64,000 bases of DNA. It comes from Tubulanus polymorphus. Lineage: Eukaryota > Animalia > Nemertea. The notes below the pieces were generated by a model that was given only the letters and a program-made list of their open reading frames with translations, made no database searches and was not told the origin of the DNA. Made by a program: the position numbers and the translations under genes. The DNA is taken from positions 11,458,275-11,522,274 of the forward strand of contig NC_134032.1 of NCBI RefSeq assembly GCF_964204645.1, given 5' to 3'. This document shows positions 52,538 through 64,000 of this stretch, piece after piece. The number at the start of each line of letters is the position of its first letter. Within the stretch, counting starts at the first letter, position 1.

Positions 52538-53274
52538 TGTACGACGCACGAGCTACGTTTTAAGCGGGAATGGAATGGTAAACGGTTCATCAATGAAAGA
52601 CCGGTTTAATGTCGAGTCGCGTTTCAAGCTCGAATTTCAGGGTAAAAAATACGTGAAAGGCGTTCATAACTTGGACGAGAACAGTTCAGTTATTTCAAAA
52701 TTGTACGCGTTGGCTAGGTTCGGTAATGTGAAGTTAGGAGGAATTAACATGTACGTGTAATACCTTCTCCTTTTCTTTTCAAAGATAATTGAAATAGTTG
52801 TTTTAAGATGGAACTGAATACGATCTTCGAGAGGTGTATATTGTACGTTTGCTAGGACTGCAAAACACCAATTTTTCTTTTTTAAATTTTCTACTTGATT
52901 GTCAGCAGCACTGTATTTGTGTTCAAGTGGTGCATATGCATATGCATATGCATATACATATATATATTAGAATAGCTGAATAAATATCCGATCTAAATTG
53001 ATCATCCTCAATCTCAGATCAAAATTGTTTCAGTGTCTTAATTTTTGATCGAGTCTTTGCGAGACCTCCATCCCCCTCTACGACAGACATCAAGACATGA
53101 AGCTGCTTCATTACTTCAAACCCGAACGTAATTGACGAAAATTTCACATATGGAATACGGGAGGAAATGTTCATTACGGCCTTTGATTGGAGAGCATGTG
53201 TCATCAATCTTTCTCCTGCTAAAATTGTTACAAAATCAGGACTTAAATCTTGATTCTCTCAAAACTCTTTGCAG

Positions 53275-53999
53275 GTGTCGGATACGACGTGCCGCGTGAA
53301 TTATTGCCGTCCGTTAGACTCGATCGTCTGCCATCGGGGAAGGTCGATGCTCAAGGTCGGTCGTATTTAGCTCCTAGTGAAGGGGTTAACGCGAAACCCG
53401 GTTGTTCAAGTGGTGACGCAGATGGATCAGAGTCTAAACCGACGACTCGTGGCACCATTCACACCGATGTAAAACCGTTTACATGTCCGATGTGCGAGCA
53501 GCGTTTTATGCGTATGTCAAATCGTACCCGGCACATGAAACGGTTTCATAGCAAGGAAAAACCGCACGTGTGCCAGTTTTGCCATAAAGGGTTCATTTTT
53601 CTCCGCCAATTGCAGCGGCACGGGCAAATACACGCCGGCGTAAAACTATTCAAATGTCCGATTTGCGATCAGGGTTTCAGTCAGAAAGTAAACCGTAAAC
53701 GACACATCGAAACAGTTCATAACAACGTAAAACCGTTTAAATGTCCGACGTGCAAGCGGCGATTTACGCAGAAATGGAATTGCGAAGCGCACATGAGTAG
53801 AGTTCATTACGACACCAAACCGTTTAAATGTCCGATGTGCAGGTTAGGTTTTAACCAGAAATCCGGCCGTAACTGGCACATGAGGACGTTTCATAAGAAT
53901 GAAAAACCGTTCGAATGTCCGATTTGCAAGGTATGGTATAAGCTGAAATCGAGCTGTAGACGGCACATGCGAATGGCTCATCAAGGAACGACCCGTTAG
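53275..53999 (+). CDS. Variable terminal exon D-V11 (6 C2H2)
   Basis: GATTCTCTCAAAACTCTTTGCAG|GT, phase 1. Confidence 0.85.
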
Positions 54000-55088
54000 A
54001 TGCGCGATGAGCAGGTTGCGTTTTTAGTCGAGGTCTGACTGACCGTCAGAATCATGAAGAAACGCGTTCATAAATTCCAATGAATATTGTAATATCGAAA
54101 AAGGAGTTTAAGTTCGATAAAGTTTATATATGGTAGAATAGATATAGTTTATGTGGTAAAATAGAGTATAACTATAAATAATAAATAAGTAAATTTGAGT
54201 AAATTGTTTTTAAGTTGTTACTAGATACACTGTTTGAGAGTATAATCATAGAATTGACCAGTAAAATACTGAGGATTTTTCTTACTGAGGATGTGATCAT
54301 TACTTGTCAGCCATAATGTGTTCGTGTACAGGCAATATAGAGATATACAGTTACATAGGTGAATAAATTCTCGATTAATGATGAAAATTGTTTTTATGAT
54401 CATTTAAAGAAGTCCGGGCACTGAATACGGTTCTGAGCTCTCCATTAACTTCTCAATTGCAGCATTCTCCCTCGGCAGGGATTCGAACCTTTGATGGCAC
54501 ACTGGACCGAGTGCCCAGGTCTATCGCGCCGAAAAATTGCGGCGAAAATCAGTTTGCTCGTTGAGACGAATTTCACAGAAGTGCCAATCGACGATTTGAA
54601 TCCAGGTTGTGACAGATTTTCACATTTAGAAAGATTCGTTGACAATGCTCATGACTATGACTTCTGACGCGCGTTGATGAGGGCTCAACTATTGACGATC
54701 TGGTGCCATTTTGGATACAGAGGATGAACGTTAAACTCTGTAGTCTAGCGGTGACACTTATTGAGCAATATCTAAAACTGATGACTGTTTCCACCATCAA
54801 TGATGACAGTAGAAAACATGTCACTTGTTTAATGATACAGGTCAAATGAGGATGCGGCTATGAAAGAATGACTGGGAGACCATTTAATTGTTGATGCGCG
54901 GTGACAGATTTTTGACAGTAATTAACCTGTGATAGACACATGTTTCTGGTTCATCAATTTAAACCCCAAACAGAATTCACCAGAATATCGAATTTTGAGT
55001 ACTGAAAGGAATATTAGTAAATTCCACCCTTCGAAAAAATGCTGATGTGCCTTAAATGAATTAACTGGATTCTCATGGCTCTTTGCAG

Positions 55089-55480
55089 GTGTCGGATGCA
55101 AGTTGCCATGGGAACCACAGCCCAATGTTGGACGCTGCTTTCAGTCCGCTGATAGGAGCCAGGCTCAAGGTCGATTCATGGTAGCACACGAATATCAAGG
55201 GGTTAACGTAGGCATGGGTAGTACTAGCGGCGCCACTGGTCAACCACTATCTCAAGCGATAGCTGGCGGCACGGCGAGTGCCGATATAAAAAAATATAAA
55301 TGCCAGTTTTGCGGTAAAGGGTTTAGCCAGAACGGAAATCTGAAGCAACACGAGCGAATTCACACCGGCGAAAAACCGTTCAAATGTCCGATGTGCGAGC
55401 TACGTTTCACGCAGAAATCGAACCGTAAAGGTCACATGAAACGCGTTCATAACTTCGATCAGAATACATTCGATTTCTGA
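55089..55480 (+). CDS. Variable terminal exon D-V12
   Basis: GGATTCTCATGGCTCTTTGCAG|GT, phase 1; 2 C2H2. Confidence 0.85.
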
Positions 55481-55859
55481 ATATCAGTTTGGACATCCAA
55501 AAAGATCGTGAGTTAAAGATTAATGGTTTAGACGACGTTAGGGAATTAGATAGAAAGAATGGAAAGTGTTATACAGTTTTTACATTATTCCTCTTCATAT
55601 GTGACCAGTATGTTTTATATTTTTTATTCTGTACATTCTAAGAAGCTGAATTGACTACTGGATTTGAGACTAACATTGTTAAGTTCGTTTTGACTGGTAA
55701 TGTGCGGGTAAAGAGTCGTTCCTAGATTGATTATTTGTCGGCCCTGATGTGTTCATGTTGTTCAAGCATGCGTTCAAGAATTTTAATGATGTGTATCCAA
55801 GGTATAAATAGATATAAGATTCATAAACGAAAATTGTCTTAACTTTGTGTCTCAAACAG

Positions 55860-56110
55860 TTGGAACCTTGACAGTGATAGAGTTTCTTGATGCAGTTCTT
55901 TGAGGACTCCACCCCGACTATTGATAGTTTGAATACTGAGACAGTGATAGAGTTTCTTCATGCAGATCTTTTAGGACTCCACTCCGACAATCGATAGTTT
56001 GAATCCTGACAGTGACATAGTTTCTTTATGCAGTTCTTTGAGGACTCTGTCGCGACAATTGATAGTTTGAATCCTGACAATGACTGAATTTCTTTCTGCT
56101 GTTTTTCCCT
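55860..56110 (+). repeat. ~68-bp intronic tandem repeat recurring through the arrays
   Basis: Core GACAATTGATAGTTTGAATCCTGACAGTGACAGAGTTTCT..GCAGTTCTTTGAGGACTCC; further copies before other variable exons. Confidence 0.8.
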
Positions 56111-56298
56111 GAGTTCTTGAACCCAGGCTTTTTTATGAAGGGACAGTATTCGTCAACTATTGATTGCTTATACCCTAAAATATCACCAGTTGCTATATTC
56201 TCGCTAGGATGAATTGTGTAAAGAGAACGACATAAAATGCATGGAAAACATAAAATGAAATTAGAAATTAAAATCTGGATTCTCGCGGCTCTTTGCAG

Positions 56299-56705
56299 GT
56301 CTCTCGTGCGAGGTACCGTGTGCCATGTCTGTTGGACGACGCCGCCAATCGGCTGTTAAGGTCGATGCTCAAGGTCGATTGGAAGTTGAAACGGCTTGTA
56401 CTAGTGGCGCCGCCGATGCGAAAAGCGATAAATTCAAATGTCGATATTGCGATAGAGGATTTGCGTTTCGCGCGATCTGGATCCGACACGAGCGTACGCA
56501 CACCGGCGAAAAACCGTTCAAATGCGCGATATGCGATCAACGTTTCAATCTGAAGGGAAACCGTAAATTGCACGTGGAACGCGTTCATTCCGATGAAAAA
56601 CCGTTCAAGTGTCCGATGTGCGAGAAATGTTTCAATCGTAAAGGCAACCGCAAACGTCACATCGAATGCGTTCATAACTTCAACCCGAATGCGTTCGGTT
56701 TTTGA
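56299..56705 (+). CDS. Variable terminal exon D-V13 (3 C2H2)
   Basis: GGATTCTCGCGGCTCTTTGCAG|GT, phase 1. Confidence 0.85.
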
Positions 56706-57031
56706 ATTCTAGATTGAATATCGACTGGCGTAGACAATATCGTCTTTTAACTCGGTTCTCCAACCCGAATGATGACAGTAACAGATTTCCTTTCAGTGGT
56801 TCTTCTCAGAGCTCTGAACTGCTTCTCATAGTTTGAAGCTTATAGTCGTAGGATTTTTTGGAATTTGTAGTGGAACATCATTGACCCCACCTTTTCAAGG
56901 GGCGTTATTCGTCTTTGCGCACTGGTACCCTAATATTCACCAGTTGTCAAATTGTCACTGAATTATGTTATAAAATGCTCATGTACTCATGTACCATGAA
57001 TTTAAATCTGGATTCTCACAACTCTTTGTAG

Positions 57032-57558
57032 GTTCTGAGCGCGAGGTGCCATGGCAACCAGCGCCACCTGTTGAACGCCGCTGTCAATCGACTCGAGGTC
57101 GATTGAAAGGGGCCGATGTCGAACCGGTTGGTACTAGTGGCGCCACCGACGTGGACGGCAGATTCAAATGCGAATATTGCGATAGGACGTTTATTTTTCG
57201 CGCGATCTGGATCCGTCACGAACGCGTGCACACCGGCGAAAAACCGTTCAAATGCGCGACGTGTGGGCAACGTTTCGCGCAGAAATCCAGCCGCGACCGG
57301 CATACGAAATCGGTTCACAACGTCGACCCGAATAGTAACCTGTCATTAAGGAGAGCGGAGGCTCGTCGATGTCGGTTTTGCGATCGAGCGTTCAATTTTC
57401 CCGCGGAGCGTAAACGTCACGAGCGAATTCACACCGGCGAAAAACCGTTTAAATGTCCGACGTGCGAACAGCCTTTTTCGCAGAAATCGAGCGTTATAAG
57501 ACACATGAAAGGCACGCAGAAATGCAACTTGGATACATGCGATGTTTTTGATTATTGA
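57032..57558 (+). CDS. Variable terminal exon D-V14 (two doublets, last finger degenerate)
   Basis: GGATTCTCACAACTCTTTGTAG|GT, phase 1. Confidence 0.85.
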
Positions 57559-58058
57559 TATTTTCTGAAATGGTCGTTTTAAGTTGAGATTATTCTTCAA
57601 GTCGAAAGCATTTATGATTGATTATATGTCGGCTGTGTGTTTGTGTTATTCAAGCAATGTAACAATATTAGAATGGATGTTTGGATTAAATGCTGATATC
57701 ATCACCTTTGTGGTCTTTTAACTCAAAACACCAGTCTTGACAGAGGCCCTTCTCATTCTCAGGTTCTCTGAGCTCTCCAACCCTAACAATTGATACGTTT
57801 GAATATTGACAGAGACCAACTTCATTTTGAGGTTCTCCTCTGAGGTCCAACCTTGACAAATTGATATAGTTTGAATCCTGACTGAGACCAACTTCATTCC
57901 GTGGTTCTTCTCTGAGCTCTTCAACCCCTGACGATTGATATAGTTTGAATGTTAATGGCGATTCTATAGCTAGCCCCTTGGACTTAGACGACGTGGGCGC
58001 TCAATCGTATGATCACAAAAATACTAACTAAAATCTGGATTCTGATGGCTATTTGCAG

Positions 58059-58390
58059 GTGCTGCGACCGGACTGCTGTGGAATCCCGGATTCGACGCTC
58101 ACGCCGACGTCATCAGAAGTCGACAACCTTTCCTGGGATTACGCAGAAAGCCGGTCGATCACGATACGCGTCGCAAACACGCGTGCAGCTATTGCGAAAA
58201 ACGTTTCCTATCGTCGGGCGATTTGAAACGACACGAGCGAATTCACACCGGGGAAAAACCGTTCGAATGTCCGATGTGCGAGCAACGTTTCACGCAGAAA
58301 GTCACGCGTAAATTACATCTGCAACGCGTTCATAATATCAACATGGAATTATTCACGCTGAAAGACTTATTCACGCTGAAAGACTCGTGA
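58059..58390 (+). CDS. Variable terminal exon D-V15 (2 C2H2; not in ORF track)
   Basis: GGATTCTGATGGCTATTTGCAG|GT; 110 codons including the stop, [11 protein letters not shown]...[17 protein letters not shown]...LKDS*. Confidence 0.85.
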
Positions 58391-58767
58391 AAAAAAAACG
58401 ACGCGAATCAAGTTTTCGATTGATGGCGGATTTGAAAAGGTCTCGAGTCCACAGGTTCCACGCGTAGAAATCAAGATATCCATTGAATGAGTTACTTTTG
58501 GGAAATTTTCAATCGAAACAGCATTTAAAACCTTTAGTAGTTAAAACCTATTTTTCCCAGCTTACTATTCATTGACAAAAAATATTTCTATCATCCAGAT
58601 TTATGACACCAAAAAAAATCTAAAAACAAATTATTTTAGAATTATGACTTGTTGAATTTTTCTATCGACCGACAAGAAACTGTTTTTAATTTTCTGTCGA
58701 AAATTTATGTTGATGTGAAATCTTAACCTTCAAGTTTACTGATGATGGTTCTCATGGCTTTTTACAG

Positions 58768-59102
58768 GTGGGTACTTCCCCGCGCCGACACACGCGTTGC
58801 CATGGGAACCAGAATTCTACATCGGCGACGGTAACTACGACGACGGCGGCGACGGTAACTACGGAGCTGCGCAACAATCGACGTCGCCGACGACGATGAG
58901 TTTACGTCGGAATTACGAGTGTCAACACTGCCTGCGGCGGTTCATGTGTCGACGCGATCTGACGCGACACGAACGCGTTCACACCGGCGAACGTCCGTTC
59001 AAGTGCCCGATCTGTACGAGGTCGTTCGTGCAAAAGGTCCATCGCAAAAGTCACCTGCGTAAAGTTCATCAGTTCGACCTCGATTTACTCAACGATAAAT
59101 AG
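58768..59102 (+). CDS. Variable terminal exon D-V16
   Basis: GGTTCTCATGGCTTTTTACAG|GT, phase 1; 2 C2H2. Confidence 0.85.
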
Positions 59103-59126
59103 ATGTCAGGTCGTGACTGTTGTAGG

Positions 59127-59241
59127 TCGAATATCTCATTGAATGTCAGACGTTTGAGGTCGGATATCTCAATGAATGTCGGACGTTTGAGGTCGGATAT
59201 CTCAATGAATGTCGGACATTTGAGGTTGGATATCTCAATGG
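59127..59241. repeat. 33-bp minisatellite, ~3.5 copies
   Basis: TCGGATATCTCAATGAATGTCGGACGTTTGAGG. Confidence 0.8.
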
Positions 59242-59700
59242 ATTCGTAATGATGACTCGATCCTTCGATTCTAGTTGCCGGCTGATTTTTTATTTTGATT
59301 GTCGTCAGTCTAGAAATGCTACGTACTCGTGTGCTCGTAGTGATGATATTGTACTTGGGAATATGGTACTCATTTTTGAGAGAAATTCAGTTACTTTTGC
59401 CGTTTGACAAAAATCGACTCTCGGAGTAAAACTTATTATTAAGTTATTGTGTTGACAGTTGACACCCCCCTCCCACTTTTAACCCCATAATCAGATTCAA
59501 TTTTAAGAACAGGTTATACCCTTTCATCCCTGTTGCTATGGTTATAATCTCGTCGTCCTGATCGAGGTCATGTACTCGTCCCGGTTTTGGGTTAAAATCG
59601 ATTTCGTTAATAGATTATGTAATCATCGTTTTTAGTAATCTAAAATAAAGTCGAATTTTATCGATTAATTCTCAAGCGTTTTCGCCTCGATTATTTGTAG

Positions 59701-59999
59701 GTTTCGCCGCCGGTGAGCACGTTCATCTACACGAGTTGTTGGCAGCACCGCCTACCGGACAGCGGTCGTCGGACGGCCGGACGACGGGATCGAAGGAGCA
59801 TCGGTGTCGATTTTGCGGTAAACGGTTCACAGCGCCGTCGTTGCTCACGCGACACGAGAGGACGCACACCGGCGAGAAACGGTTTAAGTGCCCGTTGTGC
59901 GCGCGTCCGTTTTCGCAGAAAGCGCATTGTAAAGATCATCTGAGACGCGTGCATCGATTTACGATGAATGTTCTTAGCGATTTAGGAGGATATATGTGA
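59701..59999 (+). CDS. Variable terminal exon D-V17
   Basis: ATTATTTGTAG|GT, phase 1; 2 C2H2. Confidence 0.8.
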
Positions 60000-60285
60000 A
60001 ACGGACTATAAACAGCGGCTTCCGGTGATATTCTGTACCAGACAGTGGACTACGACCCTTAATCAATGCGGTAGACTCTACCTCCCTCGGATTTATGCAT
60101 TTGCGGACGGAATCTTCGACATTTTCCTCTCAATTCATACAACAGAGACCTAAAGTCACTTCGTCTGCCTGAAAATTCACTTACCTTCTTTGTAAATCTA
60201 TGTGTAATAATTGGTCCTGCAAAATCCGAAGCAAGCCGTGACTTCTGTGATAAAGTTTACCGAATGTAGTGAATTTAGTAGTCAA

Positions 60286-60421
60286 GGGCCGGTTCCATAG
60301 ACGGCTTAGACTTAAGACCAGTATAAGACAAACTTAGTTCTATAGCCAATCTAACAACTTAAGACCAGTCTTAAGGTTTAAGACCAGTTTTGGTCTTAGG
60401 TCTTGACTATGGAACTGGCCC
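60286..60421. mobile_element. Short MITE
   Basis: GGGCCGGTTCCATAG ... CTATGGAACTGGCCC. Confidence 0.7.
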
Positions 60422-60645
60422 CAAGAGTTTGTCGGGTTAATGACCTGATTTCGTCCATGTTATGCTGTGTGGTGCCGGTTGGATTTGATTGGACTGAGAG
60501 TACTTGTCCCAGATACACGTTTAAATCCTCACTCATTTTCAAAAAAGGTTGTTCCGTATTCATCAAATGCTGACTGAATAATGCCATATTGAGCCCAGTT
60601 AACGGATTCATAAACTTGGTTCGTTCAAACTTCGTATACCTAATT

Positions 60646-60862
60646 CAGAGTTGCCAACTATTTCTGATTTTCGGTATTTGTTACTGTTTTGAGGAATACT
60701 GATTTCATTTATTTGATGTGTACAGAAATATGAAAGATGTTACTGAGGGTCTTACTGTTGATTAGTGATTAATTCAAGCATTTCCCTTCATGTTTCGATG
60801 AAATGTTACGGAAAAAGTATCAATTCGTTGCTGATAGCACTTTTCAGAGGTTGGCAGCTCTG
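60646..60862. mobile_element. MITE
   Basis: TIR CAGAGTTGCCAAC / GTTGGCAGCTCTG; CTAATT duplicated on both flanks. Confidence 0.7.
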
Positions 60863-61105
60863 CTAATTAAGCAAATACCGAGTCTAACCATTCATAGGTG
60901 GATTTACGATAATATATTCTTCAGCGTCAAATAGCATTTGAAATAAGAAAGTGAGATCCCTATATATTCAAGTATGTGCTTACATGGTATGGTGGCATAT
61001 GTAATTGTTAATTGTAATCACTGTAAATGAAAATTTCAATTCAATTTGAAATAAAGGCATTTTTTCCGATAAATACTCAAGAGTTCTTGCCTCCATTATT
61101 TGTAG

Positions 61106-61383
61106 GTTTTGCCGGTGAGCAGTTGGCAGCGCCACCTACGGGACGACGTCAATTATCGGACAGCCGTACGGGAACGAAGAAACACGCGTGTAGATTTTGT
61201 AGCAAATGCTTTCGGGCTCCGTCGCTGCTCGCGCGACACGTCAGGTCGCACACCGGCGAAAAACAGTTTAAATGTCCGTTGTGCGCGCGTCCGTTCGCTC
61301 ACAAGTCGCACTGTAAAGACCATCTTAAACGCGTGCACGGTTTCGATGTAGACGTCCTTAAAGATCTACGAGGATATCTATAA
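61106..61383 (+). CDS. Variable terminal exon D-V18 (paralog of D-V17)
   Basis: ATTATTTGTAG|GT, phase 1; 2 C2H2. Confidence 0.8.
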
Positions 61384-61851
61384 AAAACAATTCGAAGTTT
61401 TCTCGTAGAAATCTACGCCGATTGCCAATAGACCGGTACCTGAATCAGTAAAGAAGTCGCTTTAAGTGTAGGATTTTATACTGAGTTTGAGAAGCAGACT
61501 CTGTCTCCTATTTCTTTGATGTCTGTATCCGTAGTTGGGAAAGGAGATGACTATATCAGATCTGTGCTGGAGTAGCAATCTGTTGTTGGAAATAATTGGT
61601 AGTCCTAGTTTTTCGAGGTTCTAGCCTGGATTAAGTGAATACATGTACAAAATGAACGGGGCCGAATTGACCCATGCATTTTGATACAATACCGTTTGTA
61701 CTACTCTGAAGATCTAAGGCAGGTTCTTGCTGTAGTCCCAAAGCATAAGCCTGGCAACTGTAGCCAAGCAACTCTACCAAAGTGATTTCGCCATTGTTAT
61801 CGGAGATGCCCTGTTCGATATGTTCGCTAATGATTCGTCGCTTATTTTTAG

Positions 61852-62156
61852 GTGGTGCCCCGGTTACTGGACAACAGCTCTCCGGCGACGGACTTTATCC
61901 GACTGTTCGGTCATCGAGGACGACCGCGACGACGACCTCGTTTCGCGTGAAAAAACACGAATGTCGATATTGCCCGAAACGCTTTATGACTCCCTTCTTG
62001 GTCAAACGACATGAATGTACCCACACCGGATACCGGCCGTACTATTGCCCTGTTTGTATGCGCGCGTTCACGCAGAAGGTCAGCATCAAACGCCATTTGT
62101 TCAATGTGCACGGACTGAACGAGCTGAAACATTTCCACGATTTCGGACTCCGTTGA
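61852..62156 (+). CDS. Variable terminal exon D-V19
   Basis: CTTATTTTTAG|GT, phase 1; 2 C2H2. Confidence 0.8.
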
Positions 62157-62661
62157 AAAACGCTTCGCGGCAAAATATGAACAGCGAAAAATGCTTTTTT
62201 CGTATAATTGATATGACTTTGAACAATCTTAATTTCACCGTGACAATCTGACATCTGGTTTGTCATCATTTTTTCACTTGATGTATTCAAATGGACTGCG
62301 AGTTTTATTCGGTTTCACGAGGATTATGAGAGGCGAGGCTTCACAGATGGTTTTGACGTTATCTTTAGCGACAGTTGCTACTGGAGGCATAACGTTAGGT
62401 GCGAATTTTCCTCGATTCAGTTTCAAAATCGTGAGTTAGATTTACCTCTGCGGTGAAATTATTTTGTAAGGAACTCGTCTGAATTATAGATTTTAAGATC
62501 TGAACCTACAATTCAGAAACTGGGAGTTGTGAAATTTTGAGAATTCGGGAAATATTTGAACTCCTGAATCTATGATGTTATGATGTAACTATTACTCAAA
62601 ACTCTTTGTCACAAAAAAAGAATTATTTTTTGTAACCAGTTTCCTAATCGGCATTTTGCAG

Positions 62662-63029
62662 GTTATCCGACTTACGACCCGCTTGCTGCGCAATTCGGGA
62701 CTGGTGGCGCCGTCTACGATCATCAGCGACAGTACGTTAACCTGCCGGTGAGCGACGCCGCCAAACGCGTAGATTTCTCGGATTTGCTTCCGTCTGCCGA
62801 GAAGAAGCCTCACGTCTGTTCGATTTGCGGCAAGAACTTCGCATATTTGTCGCTGTTGAAGGCTCACTTACGCAGCCACACCGGCGAGAAACCGTTCGAA
62901 TGTCGCATCTGCACACAGGCATTCTCGATGAAGGGCAATCTGATGGCGCACATGAAAAGCAAACACAATATCGATAAAACGATCATCAAAGAGTTGTTTC
63001 GGCAGACGGCGCGTAGTATGGACCCGTAA
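62662..63029 (+). CDS. Variable terminal exon D-V20
   Basis: CCTAATCGGCATTTTGCAG|GT, phase 1, open into ORF 62748-63029. Confidence 0.8.
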
Positions 63030-63546
63030 CACGAAAACATCTCGAATAGAAACTGACAATCCAACAGAGTAAGGATTGAGAGACAATGGTAGAGCTGAAT
63101 GTTTTTGACTTTTTTGAGTTTCTTAAGTAGTTGTTTAAACCGAATGCATGCGAAATGGACCTTTACCGGGAACGAAACTGGAGCGGGAATGAAATAGAAA
63201 TCGAAGTGGAATTCAAACTTTTCAACGGCAACTTTTCAACGGATTGTTAACCCGCTTCTACTGGCATATCACAGGACCTGGTCGAAGAATTTCCTCATTT
63301 TTTTTCTAAATCTTTAGATGCCCTGCGTCAATTCGAAATTAGACTCACTGAATTCAGTTCCACAGTTGTGAATCAAATTTGACTGAAGTTTATTTACGTA
63401 AGACCCCCTCCCCAAAATCTATTTTAGAACCCCAGCTATATCTTAAAGCCCTTATTTTAACAAAAGCATATTTGTTGGATTTTGAGGACCACTCATTTCT
63501 AACTAGAGTTGAAGTTTTCTAACACAATTTTTGTGCAATTTTGCAG

Positions 63547-64000
63547 GTTCGCACCGGTTCTTCCCTGGTATGCCAGTAGGTGGCGGTAGCGCGCCGATGT
63601 ATCATCATCAACAACAACAACAGCAAATGTTTTATCAATCGAAACCGATAACTGCAGGTAGGGGGCGCCCTCGCGGAAGCAGGGGTGGACGAGGTCGACC
63701 AGTATCGCGTTCTGTCGGCGAGATGGCGCCGCCGTTTCAGCAGCAGCAGCAGCAGCAGGCGCCTCAACCCAGTGGCGGCGGGAGTCGAATTTTATACGAC
63801 GAGGAATCGGGCGAGAAACGCTACGTTTGTTCGTCGTGCGGCAAATCGTACGCGTCGAAGTCGGCGTTGGCAATTCACAATCGTACGCACTCCGGCGAGA
63901 AACCGTTCAACTGTCGCATCTGTCAACAGGCGTTCCGTCAGAAGGGGCACCTGATGTCGCACCTGAAACGCATTCACAACATCGACCAGTCGTTCATCGA
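63547..64000 (+). CDS. Variable terminal exon D-V21 (polyQ, AT-hook-like motif, 2 C2H2; runs off window)
   Basis: AATTTTGCAG|GT, phase 1; ...GRGRPRG...CSSCGKSYASKSALAIHNRTHSGEKPFNCRIC...HLKRIH. Confidence 0.8.

Noticed and set aside
43080-64000. Cluster of independent single-exon ZNF genes
   Set aside because: Most ORF-track starts are GTG/TTG or lie in intron sequence, and D-V15 has no early start at all. Every cassette has a same-phase acceptor, and spacing as short as 73 nt leaves no room for promoters.

Overview
AT-rich invertebrate (probably lophotrochozoan; inference) genomic DNA. It holds what looks like a lola/mod(mdg4)/broad-style 'constant + variable terminal exon' zinc-finger system with no BTB domain. 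There are four paralogous constant modules: A 1771-3649 (-), B 13758-15057 (-), C 32343-33797 (-) and D 38269-39882 (+). Each has a 148-nt exon (150 nt in A) encoding a conserved 49-aa N-terminus, then a long low-complexity exon (RGG, SUMO/SIM-like motifs) ending in a phase-1 G|GTAGG donor. Downstream of B, C and D lie arrays of C2H2 zinc-finger exons: 21 intact in the D array (running off the window end), 10 intact in the C array, and a decaying B array. I checked every intact exon by hand. Each begins at a phase-1 acceptor, mostly matching GGATTCTCATGGCTCTTTGCAG|GT, and has its own stop codon, except D-V21, which runs off the window. C and D are a head-to-head inverted duplicate pair. A and B carry frameshifts. 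A conserved finger-less micro terminal exon (ARPMQ*) lies just downstream of the C and D donors. The rest is MITEs, Helentron-like elements, minisatellites and a recurrent ~68-bp intronic repeat. The splicing model is inferred from sequence only; there is no transcript evidence here.
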